Position numbers and translations under genes: made by a program | NCBI GenBank assembly: GCA_963813075.1 | Contig: CAWEXU010000004.1 | Location: 357,656 to 421,655 of the forward strand | DNA: 64,000 bases | Reading direction: 5' to 3' | Source: Methanotrichaceae archaeon | Lineage (GTDB): Archaea > Halobacteriota > Methanosarcinia > Methanotrichales > Methanotrichaceae | In this document: positions 42,636 to 54,110 of the stretch, in pieces | Numbering within the stretch: the stretch's first letter is position 1 | Layout of the letters: each line of letters begins with the position of its first letter | The notes under the pieces: generated by a model | What the model saw: the letters and a program-made list of their open reading frames with translations, nothing else | The model's database searches: none | Told to the model about the DNA's origin: nothing

Positions 42636-44516
42636 TCACCAGGATACATATGGCAAAATGTCGTAGCTGTCAAGGGGGAGGTTGGGATTGTAGTAGGGAT
42701 CCCCCATCTGGATATATTTTTGCCATATTTCTATGAAGCGTTTGGTGTCATCGGGGTGAGGATCGAATGATAACGTTCTTCCCCTGGTAGCGGATTCGTA
42801 ATGGAGCAATTCCGCATAGGGAGTAAACAGATTTTCATATCCCAATTCCCGAACCCTCAGGCAAAGATCGACATCTCCGAAACCTATTTCAAAACGTTCG
42901 TCGAATCCGCCGATCTCGTCGAATATGGATCTTCGGATCATCAGGCAGGCGGCAGTGACTGCACTGTAATTTCTGATGGAGACGAGATGGCCCATGTAGC
43001 CGATATCATTTGAATCAGCCCACTTATATATATGCTCTGCCCTTCCCCCCCAGCCGACGATTACCCCTGCATGCTGTATTCTTTTATCTGGATAGAGCAG
43101 CTTGGCCCCAACACAACCGATTTCATCCCTCTGGGATTGCTCGAGCATCGCTTCCAGCCAATCAGAGTTCAACACCTCTACATCGTTATTTAAAAAAAGC
43201 AAATAATCGCCCAGAGCAAATCTTGCCGCATAATTATTTAGTTTAGAGTAATTAAATTTTTCGTTGAACTTTATTATCCTGCAGTTCGGGTGCGATTCCT
43301 GCAGATCATCCAGATATGAAGCGGTCTGGTCCTCCTGGCTCAGGTTATCAACTATTATGATTTCATAATTATCATAAGACGACCTGTTTTGGATGCTTTC
43401 TATGCACCTCCTCAAAAGGTCAATGTGATCTTTCGTTGGGATGATGATGCTGATTTTGGGATGATCGAGCAGATCTCTCTTTAATCTAAAAAAATTAAAA
43501 TGCTTTGTGCAAGTGACCACACCTCGAATCCCTTCCCGATCGGCGAAGTCCTGCAGGGCTCTCCTGCTGGATTCCATTACCGATTCCATTAATTGATGCC
43601 CGGTGCTTGACCCGTGCTCCCTCCATTTATAAAGGATTTTAGGGATATGAAAGACACTTCTGGTCTGTGAGACTACTCTTAAAAATAAGTCATAATCCTG
43701 CGATACCCTGAAATCATCCCGGAATCCGCCGATTTTCTTCAAAATGCTCGACCTTATGACCACAAAATGGACGATATAGCAGTGAGAGAGCAGATAGTCA
43801 AGGGAGAAATCGGGCCGGAAATATGCATATATGGGCTTGCCCTTCGCAGAGATTTGGACCTCATCGCTATAGATGAAATCGGCACTGGCATTTCGATTCA
43901 GCAGCAGTACGACCTCGTATAAGGCATTTGGAGAAAGGAGGTCATCGTGATCGAGAAATGCCACAAATTCGCCGGTGGCAAAAGCTATGGCCTCATTTGA
44001 GGCTCCTGCAATTCCCAGATTCTTATCCAGAAACAGGACCTGGATCCGGTCGTCACTAAGCCGATAATAATTCAGTATTTCTTTTATATGCGGCTGGTCT
44101 GAGGCATCATCGGCGATGCATAACTCCCAGTTGTCATATACTTGACTTAAAACGGAGTCTATGGCACACTTAAGCCACTCTGCATCGGTGTTATAGACCG
44201 GAGTTATTATGCTGATTTTAGGCCGGTACTCAAAGCTCGCACAATCCTGGCGCATATTATTCAGTTCTTCTGAGGACAGCTCCTTAAGAGGATTCTTTTT
44301 TTGAAATAATTTTCGAAATATATACCGTTTGGACCGGCGGGCGAAGCTTCGCAGGCCGTCCTGGGCGATGATGTGCCCGCCCCTGACCACCAGCTCGTAT
44401 CTGCCTCTATTTCCTGTGCCCGGTGGGAACATAAGATCGATAAAATCATTATCCCATTGGGTTTTTTTGGTTATTTTGGTTATTATTCTCCATGCCCTGC
44501 CATCCCTCAACGCCAT
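42636..44516 (-). CDS. Glycosyltransferase family 2 with two GT-A domains
   Basis: ISIITPVYNT, FLDHDD, SQDYD; second domain ISIIIPTKD, FLNNDVE, SAVTAACL, DVDLCLR, HYESATRG. Confidence 0.92.
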   Translation of the reverse strand: MALRDGRAWRIITKITKKTQWDNDFIDLMFPPGTGNRGRYELVVRGGHIIAQDGLRSFARRSKRYIFRKLFQKKNPLKELSSEELNNMRQDCASFEYRPKISIITPVYNTDAEWLKCAIDSVLSQVYDNWELCIADDASDQPHIKEILNYYRLSDDRIQVLFLDKNLGIAGASNEAIAFATGEFVAFLDHDDLLSPNALYEVVLLLNRNASADFIYSDEVQISAKGKPIYAYFRPDFSLDYLLSHCYIVHFVVIRSSILKKIGGFRDDFRVSQDYDLFLRVVSQTRSVFHIPKILYKWREHGSSTGHQLMESVMESSRRALQDFADREGIRGVVTCTKHFNFFRLKRDLLDHPKISIIIPTKDHIDLLRRCIESIQNRSSYDNYEIIIVDNLSQEDQTASYLDDLQESHPNCRIIKFNEKFNYSKLNNYAARFALGDYLLFLNNDVEVLNSDWLEAMLEQSQRDEIGCVGAKLLYPDKRIQHAGVIVGWGGRAEHIYKWADSNDIGYMGHLVSIRNYSAVTAACLMIRRSIFDEIGGFDERFEIGFGDVDLCLRVRELGYENLFTPYAELLHYESATRGRTLSFDPHPDDTKRFIEIWQKYIQMGDPYYNPNLPLDSYDILPYVSW

Positions 44517-44565
44517 CTCACACCTTGCCGCCAGAACATGACAAGTGAATTGAGAATATAAACAC

Positions 44566-44580
44566 AATAAATAGTTAACG
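44566..44580 (-). promoter_or_regulatory. 15-bp element CGTTAACTATTTATT upstream of the GT2 gene
   Basis: Identical copy at 49884-49898 upstream of the paralogous gene; resembles a BRE/TATA element. Confidence 0.55.
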
Positions 44581-44719
44581 CCGTCCTGCATCCTTTCAAA
44601 AGAAAATTAAGAGCTGTAATAGCAGGAGCAAAAGGCTGTTCTAACGATGATTATTAATACCAAAAAAGCCATCAAACGGCTACAGATCTTGGTTTATATC
44701 CGCTCAGAGAGATGATCAG

Positions 44720-46683
44720 ATGACTCAAAGATTCCAAAAATTTTCCGGACCAAAAATATTGCTATGCTTATTTTTAGTCTGCACCTTTGCAGCGCCTGCT
44801 GACGGTATCTCGATAAGCTGTTCCTCCACCGCGGCTGGGGAGACGGCCACTTCACAGGAGAGTTTCAGCCTGGATGACTCGGCCTCACTGCATGAGGTCC
44901 AGGCCCTGGGCTCGGGAGGCTTATCCATCAAACGCCAGGCGGAGGGAAAGGGAAATAACAGTATCCAGCAGACTATATCCGGAACGAAATATACCCTGCA
45001 AAATGATATTGAAAGCCAGGGAGAATTTGCCGCCACCACCTCTACTTCTGCCTCCGCCCAGTCTGCCACCGTAAATCAGAATATGGGAGGTGCCGGCAGC
45101 CTGAGCCTGGAGCTCGTGGGCAGAGAGGGAGCAAGAGATGCAGTCCAGGAGGCGAGGGTAAACGGCGGCAGCCTGGTCAGCTCCCATAGCCTAACCGCGG
45201 GAGAGGGGATCTCGGCCCGCCAGAGCACTGAGATTCAAGGTCTGGAGGGGAGCGTGCTGGCCGGAGCTTTGGGAAGTGACAATGTAATGGTGGCCAGGGG
45301 GAGCTTCGAAGGCCTGGGAAGCATGAAAGCCGATCTTGGCGCAACCACCCAGGATCAAGCTTCTGTTACTGGGCACCGCTTCTATTGATGGAGTGCCTTT
45401 GCTAAGTGATCACACCTTCAGAGCCATATCGGGGAATGATGAGGGCCGGGGTGTGGGAATAGCAGGCCTCAGAATGGTGGATGGAGGCCTGGGCAACTTC
45501 GATGTGAGCGTCATCAGTTCCGATTTGAATGATGCGAGCGGCAGGTCTTTTGCCTCCAAAGAGGACGACCCTATTGCATCTGGCGGATCATCCTCGTCTT
45601 ATGCCTTGACCGGATTTCGCTGGAATGAAAAGAATCCCAATATTCAGCTGTATCTGAATCCAACCAATATTCCCTCGGGCATAAAAGCGGAATCCGCTCG
45701 AGATGCCATATCGGCAGCGGCCAGTACCTGGGATGACGCGGTCGACAAGAACCTCTTCACGAGATAAGTCCACGGTGATAATCGACGACAGCAAAGAGGT
45801 GCCCAATCCCTTCTCAGGCGACTACCAGGCGGATGGCATCAATATGAATGGCTTCAGGAATTTCGGAAATAACTATCTTGCCGTGTCCACCTACTGGACC
45901 GATTTGACAAGAGAAGATGGTTATTACTCCACCATCGAATCCGATATCCTATATAATCTGGATTTCAAGTGGACCGACGACCTGAAGCAGGCAGAGAACA
46001 CCGGCAAGCTGGACCTGCAAAGCGTTGCCCTTCATGAGCTGGGCCATACCATCGGCCTGGAGGATCTGTATATACTGGATAGCAGCGACTCACGCAAGTA
46101 TGACTTTGAGCAGGCGATGAACCTGTACAACGGCCCGCAAAGAGAGCTTGGGAACGGGGATAAGGCTGGGGCGCAGAAGCTGTACGGGGTGACTGAAATA
46201 AAACCACTGCCAGACAAAGTCACATTATATCGCATGTACAATCCGGATGTAAATGACCATTTCTATACCACGAATCTCCATGAGTATAACACCATCGCGG
46301 TGGACTATGGCTATCTGCAAGAGGGGATCTTGGGCTTCGTCTCTCCAATAAATAGCACCGGCACAATTCCGCTATACAGGATGTACAGTCCAACGGCTAA
46401 GGATCATTTCTATACTACAGACCCTAATGAATATCGCACTATTGCGGTGGATTATGGCTATATACAGGAAGGAAAGGTCGGCTATATCTATGCCAGTGGT
46501 GTCAAGGATACGGTTAGTTTATACCGGATGTACAGCACAACTGCCACAGACCATTTCTACACCTCAAGCCTTGATGAATATAGCACAACTGCGGTGAATT
46601 ACGGATACAGCCAGGAGGGGGCGATGGGATATATATTGTTCGATAATATTTTTATATTTATCGCCTGTCCTGCTGCATCTTGA
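44720..46683 (+). CDS. Secreted matrixin-like metzincin with three C-terminal DUF5648-like repeats; frameshifts near 45380 and 45760
   Basis: Signal peptide; HELGHTIGLED zinc motif and Met-turn; three LYRMY...DHFYT...GY.QEG repeats. Confidence 0.8.
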
Positions 46684-46768
46684 ATCAAACAATGACTCTG
46701 TTATCTATCGATTGAGAAAGGAATTATGAAAAATCCATGTGGGCAATTGTAAAAAATATTTTATTAAA

Positions 46769-48640
46769 TTAATCAAAACATATATATGGAACGATATCAT
46801 ACTTATCGAGGGGAAGATTGGGATTATAGTAAGGATCACCCATCTGAATATACTTTTGCCATTTTTCTATAAAATTTTTTGTATCTTTTGGATGATGGTC
46901 AAATTTCAGTGACGTCCCGCTTGTTACGGATTCGCAATGGATTAGTTCTGCATATGGAGTAAATAAGTTTCTATATCCCATTTCCCGAATCCGGAGGCAC
47001 AAATCAACATCTCCAAAGCCAATTTCGTAGTTTTCATCGAATCCACCAATTCATCGAAAATTGCCTTTTGAATCATCAAACAGGCAGCGGTAACTGCAGT
47101 ATAATTTCTAGATTGCATACAAGTGACCCAATGACCCAACCAATTCGAGGCATACCATTATATACGTGTTCTGCCTTTCCACCCTAGCCGACGATAACAC
47201 CCACATGTTGAATTGTTTTATTAGGATATACAATTTCGCCCCAACACAGCCGATATCTGATCTCCGCGTGATTGTTAGCATCGTTCCGGAGCCATTCAGA
47301 ATTTATATTTCTACATCGTTATTTAAGAAAACAAATGATCTCCCGGGCGAATTTTGCTGCATAGTTATTGATTGCAGGTAATTAAAGGCTTATTATACAA
47401 AAAACTTTAACCCGGTAATTATCATTCTTTTGCTTGCATAAATTCAAGAATCCAGGGTTTCTGGTCTTTCACTTGGTTATCTACGATAATAACTTCGAAA
47501 TTTCATATGATACTGTTGCCTGGACGCTCTCAAGGCATCGTCTCAGAAGTTCGAGGCGATCTTTTGTTGGAACAATCACGCTTACTTTAGGACGATTCTC
47601 GGCAGCGGATATTTTAATCTAAAAAAATTAAAATATTTAGGCAATGGACCTCCCCTTTGCATGCCTTCTCGATCGGCGAAGATGCTGCGAAAGCCCTCCT
47701 GCTAGGACTCGGGCATAGCTTTTTCCTTGAATTGATGTCCGGTGCTTGACCCGGAGTTGCTCTCCAATGGTAAAGCATCTTAGGTATATGGAGGATCTTA
47801 TCTGGTTTCAGAAATAACTCTTAAAAACAGATCGTAATCTTGAGCTACTCAAAATCATTTCGAAAACCACCTATTTTCTTCAAAGAGGCTCGATTTTAGA
47901 CGACAAAATGAACAACATAATTCAGTGAGAAAGCATATAGTCAAGGGAGAATTCGGGCCTGAAATATGGCATCATATTGTTTCCGTCCTCCGAATTAATT
48001 ATCTTGATCGCTATATACGAAATCAACATTAGCCCTCTGATTTAATTGAAAACTTCTCCAGATAATGCGTTGGATCGATAGTTTCGTCATCATGATCAAG
48101 AAGTCCAACAAACTCCCCAGTAGTCAGGGATATGAGCCTCATTTGACGCTCCAGAAACACCCAAATTCTTACTTCGATATTTAACTTTTATCCGGTTATC
48201 CTTTTGTGGATATTTATCCAAGAATCTTTTAATATATGGCTTATTTGATGCATCATCCACAATACATAATTCCCAGTTAGCTATAAATCTGATTCAAGAC
48301 GGAGTCAATAGCACTTTTCAGCCATTTATCTTTGGTGTTCTATACGGGAGTTATTATGCTTATCTTGGGCTTGTAGTTGAAGGTCTCACATTGCTCTGCG
48401 CATATTCTCCAATTCTTTCGTCGATACTGGTTTAATATTATCTTTCTTTTGGAGCATTCTACTAAACATAAATCGTTTGAACTTGCTTGCGAAGCTTTTA
48501 ATGCCTTCATCTGCAATGATACGCCCACCACTCAAGCCAAGGTCATACATACCTCTCCGACGAGTCTCATGCGGGAGGAGCCGTTCAATGAAATTATTGT
48601 GGAATTTCATCGTCAATCGCCAGATGATGCTTCTTTTCAT
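46769..48640 (-). pseudogene. Heavily frameshifted double-GT2 paralogue (probably the C-terminal part of a fusion starting at 49812)
   Basis: Fragments KPKISIITPV, NYTAVTAACLMI, FTPYAELIHCES, GDPYYNPNL are collinear with 42636..44516; may be sequencing error rather than decay. Confidence 0.75.
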
Positions 48641-49026
48641 TTCTGCGAGCTCATGTCGATTGGATCAGCTGCCTCTTGAAGCTGATTGGATAGGTGGAAA
48701 TGCGAGTTCGCACACGTCAACTGAGCCTCAAGGCTTTGGTGCGATCTGGCATTTGCTTCTCGAGCTGATGGTTAAGGTTGGAGATTCCTAGGATTCGCAG
48801 ATAAATAGCTGAGATTCAAGCCTCATGGACTGAGACTGCAAGTTCAGAATTTGACTATTTGTCTGGGATACATCGACTGGATCTTGCAGCTTTACAGGGA
48901 TCTCCATCGAAGGCAATATCTCCTTTAGACGACTCGATATGCTCTTTAAGAGTATCTCGATCTTTGGAAATTTTTTGAGAATAATCTGGCTTTTCCTTTA
49001 GGAGGAGATCGAATGCAGCAATCATC

Positions 49027-49812
49027 TCAGTAAAGTTGGTAAAAGAGAATCTGTCCAGATCCCCTGTCTTTCATAAAGAAAAACATTTTTTCATTATAAT
49101 TATACAATATAAAAGGCACATTGTGTATATATGCAAAGATCCCCCCATGCAATGAGCAGCCGATGAAATAATCAAGCTTGCCCATGAGAGTAAAGATCTC
49201 CAGAGGTTTCATTATGGGGAGAAGAACAGAATTTTTGACCCTGGAGCTGATTCGCATCATATAAATATAATCCTGGTTGTAATGAGTTATCGGTATAAAA
49301 TAGATCTTGAAAGGAAGGGTTGAGAGCCATTCTACAAATTTCTCTTCCTGAGCCTCATCAAAAGTATGGGGAAGGAGGTGAATTCCCAGGCTGGGCCCCT
49401 CTAATTTAACCGGAATATGCTCAAGATCTTCCAGGAGCATAGTGGTGCATGGAACGACATGGACTTCTTTTTTGAGATAGGACAACTTCTCCTTGTCCCA
49501 GGAACTTCTAACCGTCAAATAACTGTAATCCTCCAGGTAATGGAGGTCCTGTGGAGAGTCCAGTATGCCTACTGCATTCAGAACATGGTGACCTGGAACC
49601 TTGAACTTATCGTAGAAAAAATCAGGGCTGGGCCGGATGAGGTGGCCACCGCCGATGATAATGGTATCATAATCATGCGGATTGAAGTTCCCAGGAAATA
49701 GCACATCGAATTCGACACCGATTTCACACAAGATCTTTTTCAGGCTCAGGCCGATAGCCACATCACCAGTGTTTCCGCTGATGTTGTCATAGAGGATGCC
49801 AACTTTGCTCAT
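49027..49812 (-). CDS. Polysaccharide pyruvyl transferase family domain
   Basis: GNTGDVAI, IIGGGHLI, LTVRS, SLHGGIFA motifs; appears to continue by frameshift into a coiled coil and the GT2 region. Confidence 0.75.
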   Translation of the reverse strand: MSKVGILYDNISGNTGDVAIGLSLKKILCEIGVEFDVLFPGNFNPHDYDTIIIGGGHLIRPSPDFFYDKFKVPGHHVLNAVGILDSPQDLHYLEDYSYLTVRSSWDKEKLSYLKKEVHVVPCTTMLLEDLEHIPVKLEGPSLGIHLLPHTFDEAQEEKFVEWLSTLPFKIYFIPITHYNQDYIYMMRISSRVKNSVLLPIMKPLEIFTLMGKLDYFIGCSLHGGIFAYIHNVPFILYNYNEKMFFFMKDRGSGQILFYQLY

Positions 49813-49883
49813 GCTAACCCATCGATTGATGCACTCTGCTCTCTGAAGTAATAATCCATCCGTCGCCCAATGCATTCATAATA

Positions 49884-49898
49884 AATAAATAGTTAACG
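49884..49898 (-). promoter_or_regulatory. Second copy of the 15-bp element CGTTAACTATTTATT
   Basis: Identical to 44566-44580. Confidence 0.55.
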
Positions 49899-49929
49899 GC
49901 ATATAGCTCATTTTTAATTAAATAAATAT

Positions 49930-51646
49930 TTAAATTTTATCTTCATTATGTACTATTTTAGACAAATCTGTGGAATGCAAAGATAATTTATTCTCAACCA
50001 GACGCTGTTTATTCGAAGATGGCCGGGAAATAGTATCCGTTTCAGTTATGATTATGCTCATGCCTTTCAGCATCTCTAGTCAGAGGCAACAAAGCCTTTT
50101 CACACTCATTTCTTTTACAGTTTTTGTTTCGTATATATATTATTTCTATTTCATATTTTGAATGCTGAACAACCCTGAAATCCTGCAGGCATTCATTTCT
50201 CAATGTCGCTGCGACGACGGTGGGTGGTATTATCCCAGAGGCGGTGACTAAATAATCATTGATCCGGCCAATTATTCTGAATCGAGGCATTTCCCTTCCA
50301 CACCGGCAGGCCCCATCAATCCAGGAACCTGTATCCCCATTTTCATATCTTATAAATGGCATCGCCCAATTCCATAGATCAGTGGTGAGCAGTACTCCAC
50401 AATCGTCAAATTCTATGATGCTGCGCTCAAAATCATGATGAAATCCATCCTGCTCTTTGCATTCCGCGCCCCATGCGCCACCATCATTGCATCCATAATT
50501 ATTATAAACTTTACATTGAAATGCTTGCTCAATTACCGGCCTGTAATCGGAAAATAGCTGATCGCTGGTAGTTACCACCCCCTCCAGAGGCAAATCGATG
50601 CCCATATTGATCAAGTACCGGGCGATTAGATATGCGGAAGAGGAATAGCAGTAGGCGAATTGGGGGTCGAAATTCCTTATAGCTTCCAGATCGAATTTGA
50701 CCCGATCGTGGTCAAAGGCACCTTGTATCACCAGGGACTTTGCTGATATCTCACCAATTCTCCGGGAGTATATGGAGACAACTCGCTTATCTGGAGTCAA
50801 TCCTGCCCAGCCCAATCCCCTCCAGAATGAACTTTTGAATAATTGCTCCCAATCCCTTGAATATGCCCACCGGAAGGGATAGCCCGTGGTACCACCAGAT
50901 TGATGGGTCTTCAATATATATTCAGGATTCACCAGCTTATCATAGTTCTTGATAGCCGTCTCTCTGCTTAGGGGAGGGATCTTCTTGAGATCACTTATGG
51001 ACCTTATGTCCGCGGGAGAGAGATTTAGTCTTTTGAATAATGAACGATAATAGGGAATATGATTATATGAATAGGAGATCAGCCGTCGCAGCAGGTGCTC
51101 TTGGAAATTGATGATCTGATCCGGACTGTACCATTGGGTCCTGGTCACATCTGGTACTGGTAGAATGGGAGGATTATATTTGCATTTTTTGACTAATCGC
51201 CCCCATATACTTGAGATGGGTTTTTCCTGCGAAAATTGTGATATATAGTTCTCATTATACAACTTTATTGAGGATTTAGAATTTATGATAATTCTTTTGG
51301 CAATTTTTGCTACATTTCCATTTGACATTAAAGCATTTACTGCCAGCTCCCGAGGTCCTTCTTTGTCCCCCAATAAGACAACACCATCAAATCCGCCTAA
51401 TTCTGCTTTGGAGATCTGAGGAAAAGCACTTCGAAGATCCGGGCGCTGCATTAAGCCCAGCTTTAAAATATTCGTAAGAGATCCATCAATTGCAATTTCA
51501 ATATGCTTTATTTGATCTGGAGGCAAAGCCCACCCAGCGACTCTGATTTCCTGCCACTCAACGGCATTATCCTGCGGGCAATCTAAAAAGCCCCTGAAGA
51601 CGTTTGCCCCGGATCCGGAGTTCATTTTCATATTCTTACTATTCAT
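49930..51646 (-). CDS. Phenylacetate-CoA ligase/CapK-like adenylate-forming enzyme with an N-terminal GWA...RPD domain; C-terminal frameshift
   Basis: IPYYR, QSGGTTG, YGCND, AMPFIRYENGD, IIGRIND. Confidence 0.82.
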
Positions 51647-51762
51647 AAATAATTGTATTTGGTTAATCTAGTAGATCTCGCTCGATCGTAGCAGTCCTGT
51701 GACCCGTAATCAATGTTATCTAACGACATTATTATATTTGCGGCTAGATCTCCCAGTGACAT

Positions 51763-53359
51763 CTAGATTGGCCCCCTGTAGATAAAATCCACGGTTTGGC
51801 CAGGCATATAATATCCGTCTTTGCCCTCAGTGACGACCTTAAGGGTGGCATTGTGCGGGCCAGGAGCGAGTATGGAAGAGGAAAAAGCCGCCCGAAATCC
51901 CGAGTATCTGAAGTCCTCATTATTGTAAGCTGCAGATACATCCGGCCTTTCCAGGCCGTATATCGTAGGGATATTCACATCATTATCGATGCTGATGAAA
52001 ACTGCCCCCGCCGGCCCCTCATTACGCTTATCTATTGCCCAGCCGGTGATCTCGACGACGTCACCTTCTGAATCGATGAATATAGGCACTGTCTGTGCGC
52101 TGCTGTTTATTATATTCATGTTGATAGATTCTATGCGAGCGTAGCTCCCCTGGCTGCCATAGGTCTCATTGATCAGCGAAAGCTCATCTGGATTGAGAGG
52201 ATCCCTGGCAAAGATGCTTAAGTTATATCTATCCAAAAGGGTGGCATTCTCCCGGACCACATCCGCCAATGGGTTCAAGTTCTTTAGATTTTCATCGGTT
52301 TGAATGCGGTAAGTGTATAGGTAATACTGATTTGCGGTCTGCTGGCTGTAAACGGGCCCCGCCGCTTCTATTCCAGGCAGGATATGCAAGACTATGCCCA
52401 GCGATAGCAGGGTAAATACAATGCCCAGCAGAAATAGGTTCTGGCTTTTTCTCTCCCGGAAGAGCATCCCCAGACTGTTTGAGCGGCCAGGGTGCGAATC
52501 CTCTCTAACTGAATCCCTGGTGTAAAGGATGCTCAGGATGTAGATACATAGCAAAGGCAGGAAAATGGCCAGGCTATGCCGGGCGTCGGGAATAAAAAAA
52601 ATCGTATCCGGATTGCCAAAATAGGAATTGTCCCCGGATCTTGCCAGGGCCACCTCAATTGAGGTGAGGGTGCCGAACATCAATGTGCCATACCATTTAG
52701 AGTATCGATCAAGCTGCAGGGAGTTGCGATTCACAACCATAAGCGCAATCAAGGTCAGGAAGATTATCAGTCCGAAGTACAAAGCGATCTCCTTTTGGTG
52801 TATCACCTCTGCACCCAGTGTGCCCATAAAGCAAAGGAATTTTTGCATTGGATAATGGACTAAAGACTCCAAAAATGAAGAGTATGTACTCATGCCATGC
52901 GGACCGGTCGATTTGAATCCCAAATGCACATAATATATATAAAATACCGCGAGGGCACTGCCAATCCAGAGGAGGATCTTGTAGACTTTATTATTCATCC
53001 TTTGTATGACCAATTGGCCCAATCCCGCAAACCAGATCGACAATCCGGCAACAAAAGAAAATGTGCATAAAATGCCCGTCAGAATGGAGATAAACAGAAA
53101 TGAATATGAACTCTTTGACCGATACAATAGATAAATGGTCAGCCAGGGCAAAGAAGAGCATTATCGGATATTGTAAGCTCCCAATATTTTGAATAAATCG
53201 AAGCATATAATATGGATTAAATGAATAATAAAATATAGGTATTATTAATAATAGGGTTGTACAATCCAGACAGATATCACTTTTAATAAAATATATTATT
53301 AATAGTATGCAAATAGCATAGCATATATATCCTAAATAAAACAAAAATTTTATATCAAG
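51763..53359 (-). CDS. Multi-pass membrane protein (glycan-modification/GT-C-like) with a C-terminal GWA...RPDV domain; 5'-truncated at the junction
   Basis: Many TM helices over ORFs 51763..53151 and the AT-rich part of 52991..53557; no start codon before the composition switch. Confidence 0.7.
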
Positions 53360-53365
53360 GTCGGT
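53355..53365. other. Junction between archaeal and high-GC bacterial sequence
   Basis: Abrupt change from very AT-rich to very GC-rich; genes on both sides lack their 5' ends. Confidence 0.9.
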
Positions 53366-54089
53366 AACCGCCGCCTGGCGTGCGGGCGGCCTGGACCTGG
53401 CCGACCCCGGTGCCGTCGCGCCCATCGGTGCCCCGGGGCGGCCGGACCGCCCCGAGCTGGTCCCCCCGCGCGACCTGCCGCGGCGCAGGCCCAACAGTCC
53501 CAAGGGGCGGGCGGCCCTGATCCATGCCGTGGCCCACATCGAGTTCAACGCGGTCAACCTGGCCTGGGACGCGGTCTACCGCTTCCGCGGCCTGCCCCGG
53601 GGCTGGTACGACGACTGGGTCCAGGTGGCGGCGGAGGAGGCAGGTCACTTCAACCTGATGCGCGGGCGCCTGCAGGATCTCGGCTTTGACTACGGGGACT
53701 TCTGCGCCCACGACGGGCTCTGGGAGATGGCCCAGACCACCGCGTTCGACCCCTTGGTACGCATGGCCCTGGTCCCGCGGGTCCTGGAGGCCCGCGGCCT
53801 GGACGTGACCCCGGCCATGATGGAGCGCCTGCGCGCCGCCGGCGACGGCGCCACAGCGGACTGTCTCGCGGTGATCCTGCGCGACGAGATCGGTCATGTG
53901 GCGGCGGGCAACCGTTGGTTCCGCTACCTGTGCGCCGAGCGCGGCCTGGATCCGGAGCCGACCTGGTTCGCGTTGATCGACCGTCACCTGCGCGGGGAGG
54001 TGCGCTGCCCCCTGAACCTGCCGGACCGGCGCCGCGCCGGGTTCGAGGACGCCGAATTGGCCAGGCTCCAGGACCTGTGTCTTGGGTGA
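53361..54089 (+). CDS. Ferritin-like DUF455 protein, 5'-truncated
   Basis: PGRP, HAVAHIEFNAVNLAWD, EEAGHF, LEARGLDVTP, DEIGHV; frame is open back to the junction. Confidence 0.9.
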   Translation, partial: SVTAAWRAGGLDLADPGAVAPIGAPGRPDRPELVPPRDLPRRRPNSPKGRAALIHAVAHIEFNAVNLAWDAVYRFRGLPRGWYDDWVQVAAEEAGHFNLMRGRLQDLGFDYGDFCAHDGLWEMAQTTAFDPLVRMALVPRVLEARGLDVTPAMMERLRAAGDGATADCLAVILRDEIGHVAAGNRWFRYLCAERGLDPEPTWFALIDRHLRGEVRCPLNLPDRRRAGFEDAELARLQDLCLG

Positions 54090-54110
54090 TCAGGGTCCGC
54101 ACAGCGAACC

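Noticed and set aside
28946..46683. Serpins as cognate inhibitors of the matrixin-like protease
   Set aside because: About 13 kb apart, and serpins act on serine/cysteine proteases rather than metzincins
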